Positions 11,713 through 26,500 of a DNA stretch of 64,000 nt are shown here, piece after piece. The stretch spans positions 682,001 through 746,000 of the forward strand of contig NW_027191413.1 of the NCBI RefSeq assembly GCF_041146345.1, given 5' to 3'. The notes under the pieces are model-generated. The model did not search any database. It had not been told where the DNA came from and was given only the letters and a program-made list of their open reading frames with translations. Both the position numbers and the translations under genes were made by a program. Within the stretch, counting starts at the first letter, position 1; each line of letters begins with the position of its first letter. The DNA is from Neodothiora populina. Its lineage: Eukaryota.

Positions 11713-13529
11713 ATGACCGACTCTCCGGCATTTCGCATACCCATTGATGCCAATGAACAGCCCATCCTTGACAATGTTTTGAATATCAGGGACAAACTAT
11801 CCTTACTCAAGCAGGACCGCAGCACCTACGTCCGCAGCCAGGATGTCATCACTCTCTACAACGAGGTCATCCAACAGGTCGAGAAGCTGAATGCCATCAG
11901 ACAGTCAAAGCGAGGAGAGCAGAATCGAGGTATGCTCATGCGCCTTGTCGTATATATGTTCTGGGGCTGACTTTCATGATCAAGTGGATACCGTTCTCGA
12001 CGACTGTTTCCAGCTCATATCACTCTTCTTCTTGACCATCGGTCGAAACCAAGAAGCCCCCGCAGTGTAAGTTGCTATATTGCACCACTTCCGCAAATGT
12101 ACTAAGACATGGTCCAGATACTCCGCCATTTCTACAGTCAAGGTTTGTCATTTATCGCCGGATGCAGCAAACACAATCGTGCGCTGACCGATGCGAAACA
12201 GCGATTACTCGACCACCTCAAGGAAGCAGGCTTCTACTCACCCAAAGATCTAGAGTCCATCCAACATAACCTGGACAAATGGCAAGAGTCGGTGGAGCGA
12301 GGCAAGGACACCCACAGCCCAGAGTTGATGACCCTGCTCGAAGCTCGCATCACCGTCTGTCGCAACACCTTGGAGGAGCTCCAGAAGAGCTTGTCCAAAC
12401 TCAGCCCAGACAAGGTGGATACATACGAACAGTTGGTGTCCATCTTGAGGTCACTGAGCGCATGCAATACCCGATCAAAGGTGAGTGCTACACCTTGCAG
12501 CCACGAATCGTGACGTGCGGAGCTGATCCGACAACAAGTTCCCCGACAAGGATGTCAAAGAGTTTGAGGAGCAACTGCACAAAATACAGAGAGAGCTTAG
12601 TGAGACGGGTTTCGAACATGAAGGCAGGACGGCCGAGCAAGCGTATGCGGATAGGCTAGCCTCGTTCCAAATCCAAGAGGGCGCTGTGCCAGAAGGAAAC
12701 CAGGTCGTCTCCATTCTGCTCGCGAGATGTTTCCTATGGGTCGAGGTCATTCAGGAGAAGTATGGTCATCGGTCGTTCAGGATGCGTGATTGCGCTCTAA
12801 CACAGATCACAGACAAGGAAAGATCGACGAGCGCTTCCAAGAGACATACGCCAAATTGCTCAAGGTTAGGAATACGCTTGAGCAGATGAACCTGACCCAA
12901 GCTTGGTCCCTGAGAGAAACCGATCTCTACTCTTATCAACGACAACTTGACCGAATCGACGAGAGCAGAATCGACGGTAACTTCATCGACGCTGAAGGCA
13001 GGCCTGCGGATCTGCACGCACAACGAGTGAGCATATACCTCCGCCGTAAACCCCCTTCCATGGCATATCACTAACTATAGTAGACGCTTCTGTACCTTTT
13101 GCGCAAGTGTTACTCCTACATTTATCAATACATAGTCTCATCAGAGCCTGTGTCGGAGGCTTTGCTACCGATCTACAACCAGCTTTTGACCCTCAAGCGG
13201 TGCCTCATCGAGGTCAAGAACTCGGGTGGAGTCGATTCACCCCGCGAATTATACCCTTACTCTATGAAGGTGAGCCAATACTCCAACGCGGAAAGTAGTC
13301 AATCAAGAATACTGACTGATGTCTCATAAAGATCAATTCCATCGACAACATGAAGAAGGACGGCAAATTCATGGTGGGTAACGACATACCAGAAGGCCAA
13401 GGTGCCGTGATTGCGTTACTTTCCGAATGTTTCGATCTTGTGTATGACCTCCGAACCGATGTAGTGGAGAGAGACGAGTCACAAGAGCCCTCTGCCACGG
13501 ATGTGAACGGAGTCGGCACGAAGGAATGA
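11713..13529 (+). CDS. Conserved fungal protein of the YPL260W/Cub1 (DUF2408) family, 8 exons
   Basis: Motifs IRDKLSLLKQDRSTYV, FQLISLFFLTIGRNQEAPA, LTQAWSLRETDLY, SSEPVSEALLPIYNQL, RELYPYSMK, DIPEGQG. Seven GT-AG introns, including ones flanking a 25-nt exon at 12118-12142. Confidence 0.85.
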
Positions 13530-13829
13530 TCAAGGTCCTGAAGCTACGAGATCATCACGAATCATCGGAGTGGCGTACACTACTTCGGTCCCCGCTTGTA
13601 TCGAAGCTCCCCCCTCACTCGGTGATTATGTCGCTCGGATACCCTGCGCCGCTGAGGAAGGAGAAATCATATGCATGGCGCTGGAAAGGATTGGATGGTC
13701 AGCACTCGACTGGCTGCCTTACAGTACGATCTTGAAAGGAAGACTATCGGGAGCTCGCATAGGGGTTGCGGAGTACAGGGGGTCTATTGAATTCTTTTTT
13801 TCTGCTTTCTTCTTATCTATCTCCTGTCT

Positions 13830-14677
13830 TCAAGGGTCGTCAAGCTGTATATTACTCAATATATGTGAACCGTCACCCTCGGGAGTCGGCGGTCTAGCAT
13901 CAGTGTCGACAAATGTCAGACGCGACCCATATGATATACCTTTTTTTTCGGTCAGCCATTGTCTATGCAGATACTACCTTATGTTTCCCAAAGACCCTTG
14001 GTCCAAGTGTTGATAGTAAGACTCACATAGTTCCTCGCCGGCCTCGATATCTCGTAAAGCAACATATGTCACAATCTCTCGCGCGAGATCACGTTCCCAC
14101 CCTACATTCTGTGAATGGGACGAATGATTGAACATGGATCCGAGACCCAGGATGACGGCCTGCGTCGTCTGTGGCCTCTCGCCATCACGCACCGGCAGGG
14201 GCCAATTACTGCGGACGCTCTCGAGTCATTATTTTTGTTCACAGATATTCCCCCTTTGCGCTCGCTCGCTCACTGACGAGTTCCACGAATGCCTATCTTG
14301 GTTTTGTTTTTCGATTCATGATAATAATGACAAGGGCGCAAACATACTAGGTATAGTGATACAAGGACGTCTTCTCAACATGCAGTTTATTCTCGACAGG
14401 ATCCAAGACCAGCGCCGGACACGTCTCCAGGACTGTGCCCGAGGGTATACAGGACCGCGCGAACACGCCTCGACCTGTGAAGAAGAAAAGAAAGAATATC
14501 GTCATCAGCTCTCGTGTCTCTTTTCTCATCGTGTCACCTTGTTTGTATACTTCTCCACGATCCCACTACGGTTTTGCCGTAGGTTGAGAGTTCACTATGA
14601 TGAGTACCTTTTGGCGTGTCCTCGACTAATAATAGTTCGCCGTGGCGAGTGAGGGGGAGAGCTTTCTCGAGTCTCAT
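13830..14677 (-). CDS. Small SET-domain protein-lysine methyltransferase (S. pombe Set7-like)
   Basis: Spliced product ...TPKG/RGVFA...LYHYTY/NWP...LGLGSMFNHS...YVALRDIEAGEELC/ISYG, carrying the SET motifs GxGVFA, FNHS and ELxISYG. Introns 14607-14475, 14347-14209, 14026-13940. Confidence 0.88.
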
Positions 14678-14746
14678 ATTGATTGGATATGAAGGGGGGC
14701 CCAGAGGAAGGGGCCGGCCAGGGGAGTTTCCTTTTTGGGCAGCCTC

Positions 14747-14750
<4 letters not shown>

Positions 14751-14782
<32 letters not shown>
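14751..14782. repeat. (CT)16 microsatellite just upstream of the SET gene start
   Basis: Direct reading of the sequence. Confidence 0.95.
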
Positions 14783-14785
<3 letters not shown>

Positions 14786-15414
14786 GCTCGAGTATAGAGT
14801 GTGGATGGTATGTGCTGCTACCCTGTGATCCACGCAGACACTGTACGTGTAGAAACCCAGCAGCGCCGCAATTTGATGACGCAAGACCTGACCTGACCTG
14901 ACCGGCAGATGAATGCGGATAAAAGATCGAAGCGTGGACGGACTGCTGACTGCTGACTGCTGCTGCTGCTGATGTTGATGACGAATGGCTCTAAACGAAG
15001 TAATAATAGAAAAGCAAAGACTCGAAACAAAAGGGATTCAAGACCATATAATAGCTAATAATAATATGTGTAACGAAGAAGGCAATATATGCAGTCGAAG
15101 ATGGTTAGAGTTCGCTATGCACAAGTGTGAAGACAATTTCTCTACTTCTTCCGCCGAGTTGCAGCGCAGTGCAGATCTGTAGGTGAAGTGGGAGAGAGAG
15201 ACGCACGGATCAGCAGTTCCCGCGTGTTGGTGAAACGGTTAATACACAGTTACATCTTTGGGGGAAAGTGTTTACTGATACTGTGACTGTTCAACACCTC
15301 ATCGCCCTCCACCAACTACCGAACTTACCCGCTCTGCGCCTTCTCGAACGCCACTGCTCTTTTGACAGCAGTAAGAGGCATGAGATAAGGTCGTCAGGAG
15401 TGCAATGCCGCTGT

Positions 15415-16434
15415 ATGGCGCAATCACGACAGACTTTGGCGGCTGCCGGCGGGAGTCAACACCCGCATAGTGTGAGCTTGAAAGTGCTACGGTATGTGTG
15501 CTGTGCCAATTGTTCATAGACTTCCCCAGATGATTGACGACTTCGCCTTCGCAGCTTGTCAAAGCCTACCTTGGTTCCGGCAGTAGACGTTCCCGGACCG
15601 GGCATCTTGAACACAGCTTCCAAGCCGTATCCTTCCACATCCAGGAGCTCATATTCCCTCACCCCTCTATTGCAACTCCCTCCGGCCTTCGGTGCTGCTT
15701 ATGTAGGCACGACTTTTTCGTGTACGTTGTGCGCCAACAACGAGCTTCCTGAGTCGTCTCCCATCATCATTCGTGATGTCGAAATCACAGCGGAACTGCA
15801 GTCACCCGGAGGCGTCATACCCCTGGACCTGAGCGACCAATATGCCGACGTCAACACAGCCGTTCTCGAATCGGGACGCACAGTCCAGAAGATCATTCGA
15901 CAGGAGCTGAGAGAGGACGGACAGCATGTTCTCGCCGTCATGGTCACCTACACCGAGGTACCTTCGGAGCAGCAAGGCGACGCATCCGAAGAAGATGCGG
16001 GCAACAAACGGACGTTTCGGAAGCTCTATCAATTTACTGCTCAACCCGCCGTCGGAGTCAGAACCAAGATTGGAGAACTCAAGCGCAATACTTCCGGATC
16101 GAGAAAGTTCGTACTAGAGGCCCAGCTGGAGAATCTCACAGAGGGATCTATTGTGCTGGACGCGGTGTCTCTGAATCTGGCAAAAGCCCTCACGTCTAAG
16201 AGTCTCAATCGGGACTCGGATGGGACTGATGAGAAAAACACGCCTCACAAGAAGCCATGCATGGCACCTGAAGATGTCATGCAGGTTGCTTTCGTGATCG
16301 ATCAAGTGGATGGAAAGACGCTGGAAGAGAAGAGAGATCGCATTGTGCTGGCTCAGGTGCACCTCGAATGGAACGGGCCAATGGGAGAGAAGGGAGAACT
16401 GACTACTGGCTGGCTTGGATGCAAGGGACGGTAA
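15415..16434 (+). CDS. TRAPP complex subunit 13 (TRAPPC13 / DUF974) family protein
   Basis: HSVSLKVLR/LSKP across intron 15492-15554; LPPAFGAAYVGTTFSCTLCANN, RTFRKLYQF, LEAQLEN, MGEKGELTTG. Confidence 0.88.
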
Positions 16435-19400
16435 ACACGGGATGGCGCAAGATCCCAACTCAGCACGAAAATAGAGACGGATTTGCTTATTGTCGACATT
16501 CCGACCGGAAGTGTAGCTCGATCTTACGCCACCAGGGTTTCGTCAAGCGCCTTGAGATCGACAGGCGTTCTCTTGTCTCTTCTCGGCTTTTCATCAGTCT
16601 CTCGTTGGTCCTATACCTCAAAAGGCAATTCTAAAGAGTAACTCCATGGCAGCCACATGTACCCACCTCCCTCACACGTTTCAAGCTTCGGACTTGCTCC
16701 GATCGTGCTATCTCGACACGCGATTGTGATCGATGCATTGCCCGATCTCAGAACGGCGCACACTCCACTTGAAGACCGGCTAGCATATACATATATATAT
16801 TGCATGTCTCAAAGTCACCATATGATAATTCAAATTGCCTATATGACCACATATAGAAGCATATATGTATATAAATACACACCCGATAATCTTTATCTCG
16901 GCGAGATCTAGGTGCACAGTATAGCAGCCACGGGCGTCCGAGTCAGACACTGAAAGTAGGAGGGTTGAAAGGCAAATGTGCAGCAGCAGCATGCAGAGAC
17001 ACAAAAGTAATGTCTCGCAAGCGAGTCCTATCTCGACATTACAGCGCAGGGGGCATGATTCGCCACAGGCTGAATCTATCGCAATAGGATCGTTGCTGCT
17101 GTAGTGCAGAGCCCCGAGAACAAGCACCTCCATGAAGACTTTGCCTTGGACACTTGCCGTAGATCAGAGGTGAGGAGGAGCAGCAGCCGCAGCAGGAGCA
17201 ACAGGAGAAAGGGATTGCGCAATGTTGCGCGCGTTTCGTAATCTGCGCACGCAAGACACACACAGCTCTACGCCCTCGACGATTCTTCTTTCGCTGTGGC
17301 TGTCAGACGAGTCCTTCTAGCGAGCGCTTATACCCAAGGCAATAACCAATGCAGACGACTACAGGAGCACCCCGCTGATTGGCCAAGGGCGTAAGAGGAA
17401 GGGCCGGCCCTAAGACGACATCCACTCTGGACCCTTGACTAATAATGACGAGAAGGGAAGGACAAGCGAATTAAGATATGGAGAGTCAGAGACACCCTGG
17501 TATGAGATTGAGAAAGGGTGGATAGGTGGGGAGGATTCACCATCGCGCGAACAGTGCTCTTTAATCACCCTGAGACGAATGGGCTGCGGAACTCGACGTA
17601 GATCGTTGAATTCATCACGGCCAATCTTTGTCCGTGCTCCCTGGGATGTCTTGTGGTGATTGATTGTATGGAGAGGATATGCCGCCGCAGCTCGAACCCT
17701 TTTTGGCCCGATAAACCCCCCTCCCCTCCCCCTCCGCAAAAATCACTCGATCATTTGTTTCTTCAGCTTCAAGCGAGGGTGGGATCACGCACCATATATA
17801 CTATATGTGATGATGGTCATATACGTCTGGACGTTGTGCAAGGCGGATCTTATGCAGCTACCTTAGTCTGAACTCGACCGGGTGCCGAACAGGACAAGAC
17901 TCGCACAGTCACACCTCAAAAGCTATACGAGAGTGCGCCAAGGTCAGGCATTGTTCGTAGTGACGAACGCTCGGGGGAATTTTCTCTTTCTGGAGCAACT
18001 TTCTCTATCGGTCAGGTACCGAGTGGAAGAAATCCGAGTGCGGTATAGTCGTTGATGCGACCCGGGTACACGAATCGAGCGTTCAGTACCCTGCCCAGAC
18101 CCTAATTCAGAGAGATGGAGCATAGCACGATTGAACTCCTGCTTAGTACCAAAATAAGAAGTTTAGATCTAGCGTCGATAGCTAAGCTCAGGGTTTGCGG
18201 TTTTTACGAGTCGTGTAAGAGGGTGGGTAGGGCCACTCTGTGACCACTCTCTCTGCGGCTCGTATCATCATCATCTCAAATCCATCCACAGCCACTGTTC
18301 GTCAGGTACGAGGATGGAGAGGGTCCATAGAGGCACCTGCGCAGAAGCTCAGTGTATAGCGCGAAGACGGAGTTCGGCTGGATGGGCTCTCTCTGGCGTC
18401 GTCCCTGCCGTGTGTCGTCTACCATCACGCTGCTTTTCTGATTACTGATGGTCGAAATCCCGATACTAGCCTGGTACAGCGGTTGCGCCAATAGTCGGAC
18501 ACACGTTCACTTGCAAAGGAAAAAAATGGCCCGGCGCACGTGGCTATGGTGTATTACTGCATGAGCGGGACTTGAAGGCTGAAGCCAACGTGGTGCTCGT
18601 ACTCAAACGGAAAAACCAACAGTGTTGATCTTATGAATAAGGTGGGATTGTGGGATTGACAGGCCACACGTCACGTCCGCGGGAACCCCTCCAAAACACA
18701 GAGTCCCTCGACCACCAGCCCAACCTTAAAACCGAGGGCAGATGAGAGGAAAGGTGGATCCGCGCCCTAGTAATGGGGGGTGAGTGGTCCTGAGGAAACC
18801 TGTTCTTGTATCGTCGCCCGGCTCTTTTGACAAGCCCAGTGTTAGGCAAGCAAAAAACCACCTACCCTACCTTAGCTGCCCGTTGATCACAACGTTTTGC
18901 AAAACGCTGAGCCCAAGCCAAAGGCGGGAGAGCAAAGCCAAAAGTAGACGTGGGCTTGAGACATGATTGGTGACAGTGTTGGTGTACCTTGATCCCATAG
19001 GTGTCCCATGGCGCGGTTGATTGTCGATAACAGTGATCTGCAGGGGACAACGTCTGCGTCCGCGTCTTGCTTGTCTCTTGCTGCGTGCAGTGGGTCGGTC
19101 GACTGCCTTGCGCCTTGCATTCTCCCCTTCGAATACCGGACCGGTGTTATAGTTATATTTTTTTTCTATCTCTCTTACATGTGATGTGGGTGCATGTGTG
19201 TCTAACTGTATCTCGAACCGAAACCCCTCTCTCTTCCACTTTACCTCTTATACCTTTCTCAGATCGAGCCCGTCTGTGGCCCTGACGACTTTATCAAGTT
19301 TTAGAATCGTGCGCCAATAATAATCAAACAATAGCACTACTATCAAAGACCCTTGGATAGCTCCGATCGCTCACCGCACTGGGCTCCAACAGCACAGCGC

Positions 19401-19965
19401 AGACCTAACCCTCTCCGCTCCCTTTCTGCCGTTACTGTCGCTGTTGCTGCTGCTGTTGCTGCTGCTTGCAGTACTACTCTTTCGATAGCATTTCCTGGAA
19501 ACGCTTTTTGGGCAACGCGCTCTCTTCTGATACTTTTTGTTCTGTTGTTGTTGTTGTTGTTACCACTCACATTCCCTGTTTCTGCTACGTTCGACGCTTT
19601 GGCATATATCAACAGTTCATTCACGACCAGCATAATTCCCTATTTCGTGCGCTACCCGAAACACATCACGGCAGTCAGGCCCGTCTGTCGGCATATTGCA
19701 GTAAAACACACTTGGATCAGTCATTGTTTCGTCTAAGCCTTTTCCGCGGGAACTTGCAGCTATACCGCCCTGGGTGCTTCAAAAGTTTGGATTACATTAC
19801 GGACGCCTGCATCTGAGTTGGATCAACCTCACATAAGACGTTGATATTCGAGTCGGTGAATCAATCAATGGATTAGATTGACTCACAGCTACTGGACACG
19901 AACATCTATTACAACCCTCTTCTCCTACCTTGGCGCCAGAGCTTGCGCTTCACTCCTTCCTCCCA

Positions 19966-22900
19966 ATGGCCCCAGCACCCAAACCTGCCAACGCGGACGC
20001 TTCTTCAGTGCCCTTGGCAGATCACTTCTTCATTGCCGGAATAGAGTCCACCCAGATATATGATGAGCGACTACATCGTGTCTCGTCACCGCCTCCGGTG
20101 GAGGAAACCATCGACGAGGATGTTGCTTTGGAGACAGATACCCTGAGGGACCTCAGCATACGACCAGAGACGCCGGCTTCACCAGGTGCAGTCCCAGATG
20201 GTGGCCCGATGAGAATAACACACAGATACAGTTGGGAGGCACGAAAGAGCATAGGGAGTGTTATTGGACCTCTAGACATCAAACCCACCCCAAGCAATCG
20301 AAGCAGCGCAACCATCAAGGCCGTTCAGGCCGATAACTTACCTGGTCTGAGTGACGAGGATTTCGAGCAGGCGCTGAAGAAGTTCGCGACCGAGAGAGAC
20401 TCTTTTCTCGAAGAGATACAGGTTCAGGCCGGCGCCGTGGTGCCTCCGAAACCAGCAAAGGCTCGACCGAAGACCCTTCGAGTCGCACATAGCGAGGACT
20501 CGGCGAATCTCACCAATGGTCCTCGTAGCGGTATCGGCAGCGGAATCGGTAGCATAAGGAGAAGGCTGTCTACCATGAACAGACCGAGGAGACAAGCGTC
20601 CACAGCCTCTCGAGCAGGTAAGTTGCTCTCCTCTTTTCTGACAAGACACACTGTGTGACGCTGAGCTGTTTTTAGCCTCTACAAGGACGACGAAAAGACT
20701 AAGCGGCTACAACTCGGTGATCCCTTCTCCACAGCCCTTTCAAACCAGCCCCCACATGCACCCCCTCAAACGACGTTACGAACCGGTCCTGCTCGACAGA
20801 TATCCCACCAAGGCTATGGTGGACGAGTCGAAACGCAGGAAACCTTTTCCCGATTATGTTCCCATGTTCGCCTTCCCCAACGATGTCGCTGTCGTATCTT
20901 CGGACGAGCGACCAAAGGCGACATGGCATGGATTTGCAATGACAAATGGAGACGGATCTATTTTACACGGCATTTGTGTCACCATCTGGCTACCATTGAA
21001 CCACTCGGCTTCAGAGGAGCTCGAACGCCAATGCAAACTCTGGCGAGAAGCCAACATGAGCGAAGAAGAAAGAGAGCTTGCTAGTAGCTTAGGCGAGAGA
21101 CTCGCTGGGGAAAGAGCAAGAATCTCAAGATTACTAGCGCAGCTACCCACCGTGCCATCCGGTTCCGCGGAGCGAGATGCACTCGACGATGAGATTAACG
21201 CTGTCGAAGAAAAAATAGCATTGATGACAGACCTTCTCCGCCCAGTGCGACATGGAGCAGCTTCCAAGATTGACGGCCTCACGGATGGAGAGACAGGATT
21301 CTGGATCCCCCGTGTGTACGGCATCCTTGGAAGAGATGGTGCCTTGACCAGCTTTTGGAAGGAGTGGCTGAAGGCTGTTGTGGTACCTATGATGGATGGG
21401 GGTGTCCTAAGAGTACCGCCAAGTTCCCCTAAAGTTGGCATCTGGCAGCCACTCGAACGATATGTTGTGAACCTATGCGTGGAAGCTCCCAGCCCCATGT
21501 CATCCATAACACAAATCGAAGTGGCCGTTCGCGAACTACGTCTCTACGCCCGCAAGGAGGCCGCCAACGAGCTGCCCGGCTCGCGAAACACAGACATATA
21601 CGCACTGTTCCGTGCACTGACAATACCAAACTTACTCACTTTGTTTGAGTATGTTTTGGGGGAAGGTAGAATCATCCTATTGTCCTCGCACACGTCCATG
21701 TTGCATCTAGCGAGCGCTGCGATTAGCAGTCTTCTGTACCCAATGAAGTGGAGTGGTGTGTTCATCCCGGTCCTTCCTGCTCGCCTTATCACGGCGCTCG
21801 AAGCGCCCTGTCCGTACATTATCGGAGTGGAAAGACGATATGATTCTCTCGATCTCCCCGATGACGACTTTGTGCTGGTGGACCTCGACCAGAACAGCGT
21901 CGAGAGCACCTTCGCCCCTACGCCTTTGCCTCGTCAAATCAGAAGGAAGCTCATGTCGCTGCTGCAAGCAGCAGCTCCCCATCATAACAGATATGGTGTG
22001 CCTGTTGGTCCACCTCCGTATGCGGCGGAGATGTTCCCCCACGACGCCTTTTCCTCGGAGAACACACAGATCTTCAACCAGACCGCCGAGCGATCTACAC
22101 TCGCTTCACTCGTGGGCCAGAACTCGGCCACCTTCGGCGAAACACTCACCATGGGCCCTCCTCAAACACGAATCTCTGTCTATAATGCCTTCCTCGGCGT
22201 GCGCAAAAACTCCAGCAGAGACAGCGATAGACCCTCAACTAGCTCTACTAGCAGAGCCAGCAAGTCGTCTTCGACAAAATCACCTCCGTCGCCTACCACG
22301 TCGCCTCTGTCTTCTTCTTTCCCAGCAACGCCGGTCTCACGCAATGACTCAGGATTCGGTCTACAAGCCTCGCTCCGCGAAAAGCGATCGGGACACTTCG
22401 AAATGGCCGCCCGACGCAGCTCATCTGTAAGTCTTGATGGCAAGTCAGAGTATGCTTCGGTACTAACGTCATGACAGTTTGGATTTGACCGAATGAACAC
22501 ATTGCGCCGCCCGAGTCAACCCACGATGCATACCACCACCCAACCTTTCATCAGTCACTCTAGCAGCATGTCGACATCCACGCTGACAAACGGAGGAGCT
22601 ATCGCGAATGGAATCGCGAATGGAGGCATGAATGCCGGGTACGCGCCATCAGTGTATGCGCCGTCCACGGTTGCTGCCTCTACCATTATGCCTTCGGTTC
22701 TCTACCAACCAGTCCGTGATACAGAAGGCACAAGGTGGGTAGAAGGCCATTGCTTGGTTTTCCGCAAACGAGAAGAGAATGTGTACTGTACCATCTGTGA
22801 CGAAAAGTGCGACGAAGGCTTGTACCGCTGCACAGGTGAGTTCTACAATTGATTTCAGTCTATACGCAATCAGCTAAACTTGCTTAGGATGTGCCGTTTG

Positions 22901-23587
22901 CGTACATGGCCGTTGCGCCGGTGCCCTTTCGCTGGTATGCCCTGTTGCCTTCCGCGCTGACCAAGTGCGTGCGGCCTTTGTTCGCAGTTTTGCATCGCTG
23001 TTCTACACGTATCGTCGCTATATGCTTCCAGCCTCCGGTGAGCGCCGCAAGCACGGCATGATGTATCACTTCAACATGGACGCCTTCTTGAAGAGTGTCC
23101 CGAATGAGAACGCGGAGTACGTGCATATGCTGCGCGAAACCCAGGGTAAGTCTTTCCACCCTTGACAACATTTTCTACCGAGACGGTGACTGACGAGAGA
23201 CGCACGACAGCATTCAATGAATTCATACACGAACGTGAAATGACACGAGCAGAAAGTCCTTCCATCAAACTCTTCGACGAGATCATCCTAGCAAAGCGCA
23301 ACCGCGGCCGCGGAGGCATTTTCTCCAAATCAAGCACATCCTTCCTCTTCGACACTTCCGACCACCTATGGCGATCGGCATCCACCGCGGCACCGAACAG
23401 TCGCATTCCAGGTGATTACCGCGCGATAGTGACACGCATACCAGCAAGTCTAGACCCGACGTTGATGAAGGAGCCCAGAGCAGTCCAAGGAGCTCCCAGG
23501 ATCCCGGCGAACGCAAGGACTCGAAGAAAACCCATCCCGAGCATGTTGGCCATGTCTTCGACACAGGAAGACGCCCCGGTCGAGTAA
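19966..23587 (+). CDS. DENN-domain protein (putative Rab GEF) with a C1-like Cys/His domain
   Basis: LADHFFIAGI, PVLLDRYP, YVPMFAFP (uDENN), GVFIPVLP...LEAPCPYIIG (DENN core), H...CTICDEKC...C..C..CVH..C (C1-like), MLRETQ/AFNEFI (dDENN). Four introns near 20618-20675, 22427-22477, 22836-22888, 23145-23210. Confidence 0.88.
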
Positions 23588-26500
23588 AAGCTCTTTGCTT
23601 TCTCGGCGGTCCAAATCCACCGTAAAGTGGTGTGCTCTTGACAGCAGACACAAGGCACCAATATTATCATAATTATAAGTTCAAAATCTACTATGCGACA
23701 GAACAGCCCTAGAAACCACCACCACCCCAGCCTCCGATAGAGATTAAAAGAGCCATACTCCCCAGATTTGGCGAAGACAACATTATAGCACACACAGTAT
23801 CAGACCCCCAAAGTGCCAGAAAGTACCCAGCACAGAAGAACGGAAGGAAGAAAGAAAAGTCAGAGAAAGACAGAGAGGCGGGGGGGTTAAGTATCCAAAA
23901 CAGCATTCGAAACAAAAGGAAAAAGAATACTTTTTCTGTCGAGCGGCCTAATCAACACTCTATACCCCAATCGCACTCGGCCCACTCCCCAAGAGCTCTC
24001 TTTCTCTCTCCTCAGCCACAAAGTCTCATAGCCCGAAGAACAACCCCATTCGCTTGCCCTCTTCTTCGCGACCTCGAATGTAACAATTCTCTTCTTGTTC
24101 CAGCGAGGCGTAATCGAGGCGTTGTTTTTCTTTTCCATTCTTCAACGGTCCGGCTCCTTCCTGCTCAATTTTTTTTGGCATGCTCGTCCTTCTCTGCTAT
24201 TTTCTCATTGTTCGAAATTTGCAAATCCACGTCTCGTTATCTCCGACCGTTCAGAGGGCCCTTTTCTCGTTATTGTTTTCTCGTTCTTTTTCTTTCATAC
24301 TGTATTACTACGATAGCTTAAACCAAAGCAAGCCCTACGAAATTCCTCGGGAGTCGTTTTTGGCCCCCGCCCCCTTTTTCTTACATCTCTTTCCTCTGTT
24401 AGGTGTGTTTCGTTGATGTTTCTCTCTTTGAAAGGGACGGCTTCCTGCTTGAAGCAGAAGGATGAATATGAAACGGGGGGTTGGTATAGAAGGGGAAAAG
24501 GGGAAGAGAAATGGGTTCAAGAAGGGGGTCTAGATGGTGATGAGGGGGCCATGAATAGCAAAATAAAGACCCCCTTTTTTTGATAAAATTTCATTTCTTG
24601 TTCTTTTTGTTTTGCATTTTCCTCTCGTCATTTCTTCTGTTGTATGTGTGTGCGTGCTTGTATCTGTACCAAATTCTCTGGGTCTCTTTTCCCTGCTTGT
24701 TCTCTGCCTCTGAGTGTTTTTCTGAGTTTCTTCCTTTTGGCCTTGATCTTCCAGAGAAGCTAATGGTCCTCTCTACCTCTCATCCTCTCTCTTTCCTCTT
24801 AACTGCACATAAGTGAAGAGAAACAATGAACTAGAGGGCTTTGCGGAAGAAGAGCGAGAGTGAAATAGATATCGATGCAACGGCAACGGCGCTTTTCTGG
24901 TTGGGGTGTAGAGAATCATCTGTGCTGTCCTATGCAATCATCTAGTGTAATCTTTGTTGGGGTTCTATAGACTGTGTGTCGTCCGATATGAGACAACAAA
25001 ATCAAAGTAAAATCTGACTTGGCTGATCATATCGAGTCGGGCATGTTGTGAGAACAAGGGGAGTGACTCGTTGGTGTCTAGCCATGAGTGTCTGGGTAGT
25101 AAGGAGATACGAGTGTAACAGGTGTGTCGTGCTCTGCTTGATGCTCAAATCCCACACGACTTTGCTGACGAGGTATGTCTACATCACCTTTTTCCCCGTC
25201 ATGCCAAATGCGTCATTCAGCTTCACGGGTTGTGTTACTACAGTGTTGTGAGCTCAGAACTGCACCTCGTGTGTATCTGGATCAGGAGCATTCATGGCGA
25301 TCCTGTCCATATCGATGGGCTCGCACCTTTAACTACCTAGCGAAAGTAGCAAGTCTTCTAGCTGAGGAGTATACCGAAGCATGCGGATACGGAGCAGCTC
25401 GACCGGGGTAATGATGGTGGGCCAGTCGTCTTCATCGTATAGGGAAAACTGCAGGAAGATTCTTCCGTTGTCTAAGCGAGCAAAGTAGGTCTACCTCAGC
25501 TGTGGCCATGATTATGGAGCATTGGCGTGTATCTCGTGGCGTGAGATGTTCACTTATACCATCGTGCCGTCTACAGCGTGTGATTCTGGCTTCAAGCCTA
25601 CTGCGGAAATGCGCGAGTCCGAATAAGCATACGACGAGGGCGGAGGATTCCTTGTTTTGAGTCAATAACGCTGACAGAGCTGAGGCTCCAAGTGTGGCTT
25701 GGATGTGGAAGCGAGCGACACGTGCAGCTGGCCTATCTAGCCAACACTAGAAATGTTGAGCATGGTGGATGGCTTCGAAGCATGCCCGCAGCGCTGGCAC
25801 CGGCCACTACTTCAAGCGAATCTTGGTAGGATCGAGTCGAACAACGGTTTCATTTCGGGCATGGGCGTGAGGTCAGCCATACGAGAAGGCCAGCAGCGCT
25901 CTTGTTCTCCGAGGGTCCAATGGTCTCTGGCTGCAGTAATACCATGCGTGTCTACTGTCTGCGAGCATTGAAGAGACATTCATCTGTAAAACCCAAGACC
26001 GTTTTTAGACTGTGAGCAAAACACCGACTTACCTGCACTCTATGTGACAATATTTTCTGACTAGAGCCCTATCGATCATCACAGTAGACAGCCTACACGC
26101 GTATTTGTTAATCTGACATACAACTGCAAGCTACCGTACGGTTGCAAAATGGCCTCGCTGCCGCTTCGTTTAGGCCAAGGTCATTTTGCACTATCAGTGT
26201 ACAGGAGGCTTCTGTACAGCACAGGCGACATTGACCAGGTTAGCTGAAGGATTGAGACCGAAGTGAGCGAAAAGGATCCTTCTAGTTGTCATTCTACAAT
26301 ATTCGTAAAGGCGTGAGACTATAACAATAACGTTCAGGTAGCCTTTGCCAAGCTGCATTCATCATGCCCAATGCGCCGCTTGGGCCTAAGAACCTTCCTG
26401 CATGCATAGCAGGTGTATGACATAGTCAAGCGCGTTTTCCGGCCTCGAGGAATGTCTCCTTCCTGAGTGAGTTGTCTAATAGCCCAGGCTTACGTTTGGC

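Noticed and set aside
16435..19965. Genes in the 3.5-kb interval between TRAPPC13 and the DENN gene
   Set aside because: Only short low-complexity ORFs with no splice-consistent model; looks like UTR and promoter sequence.
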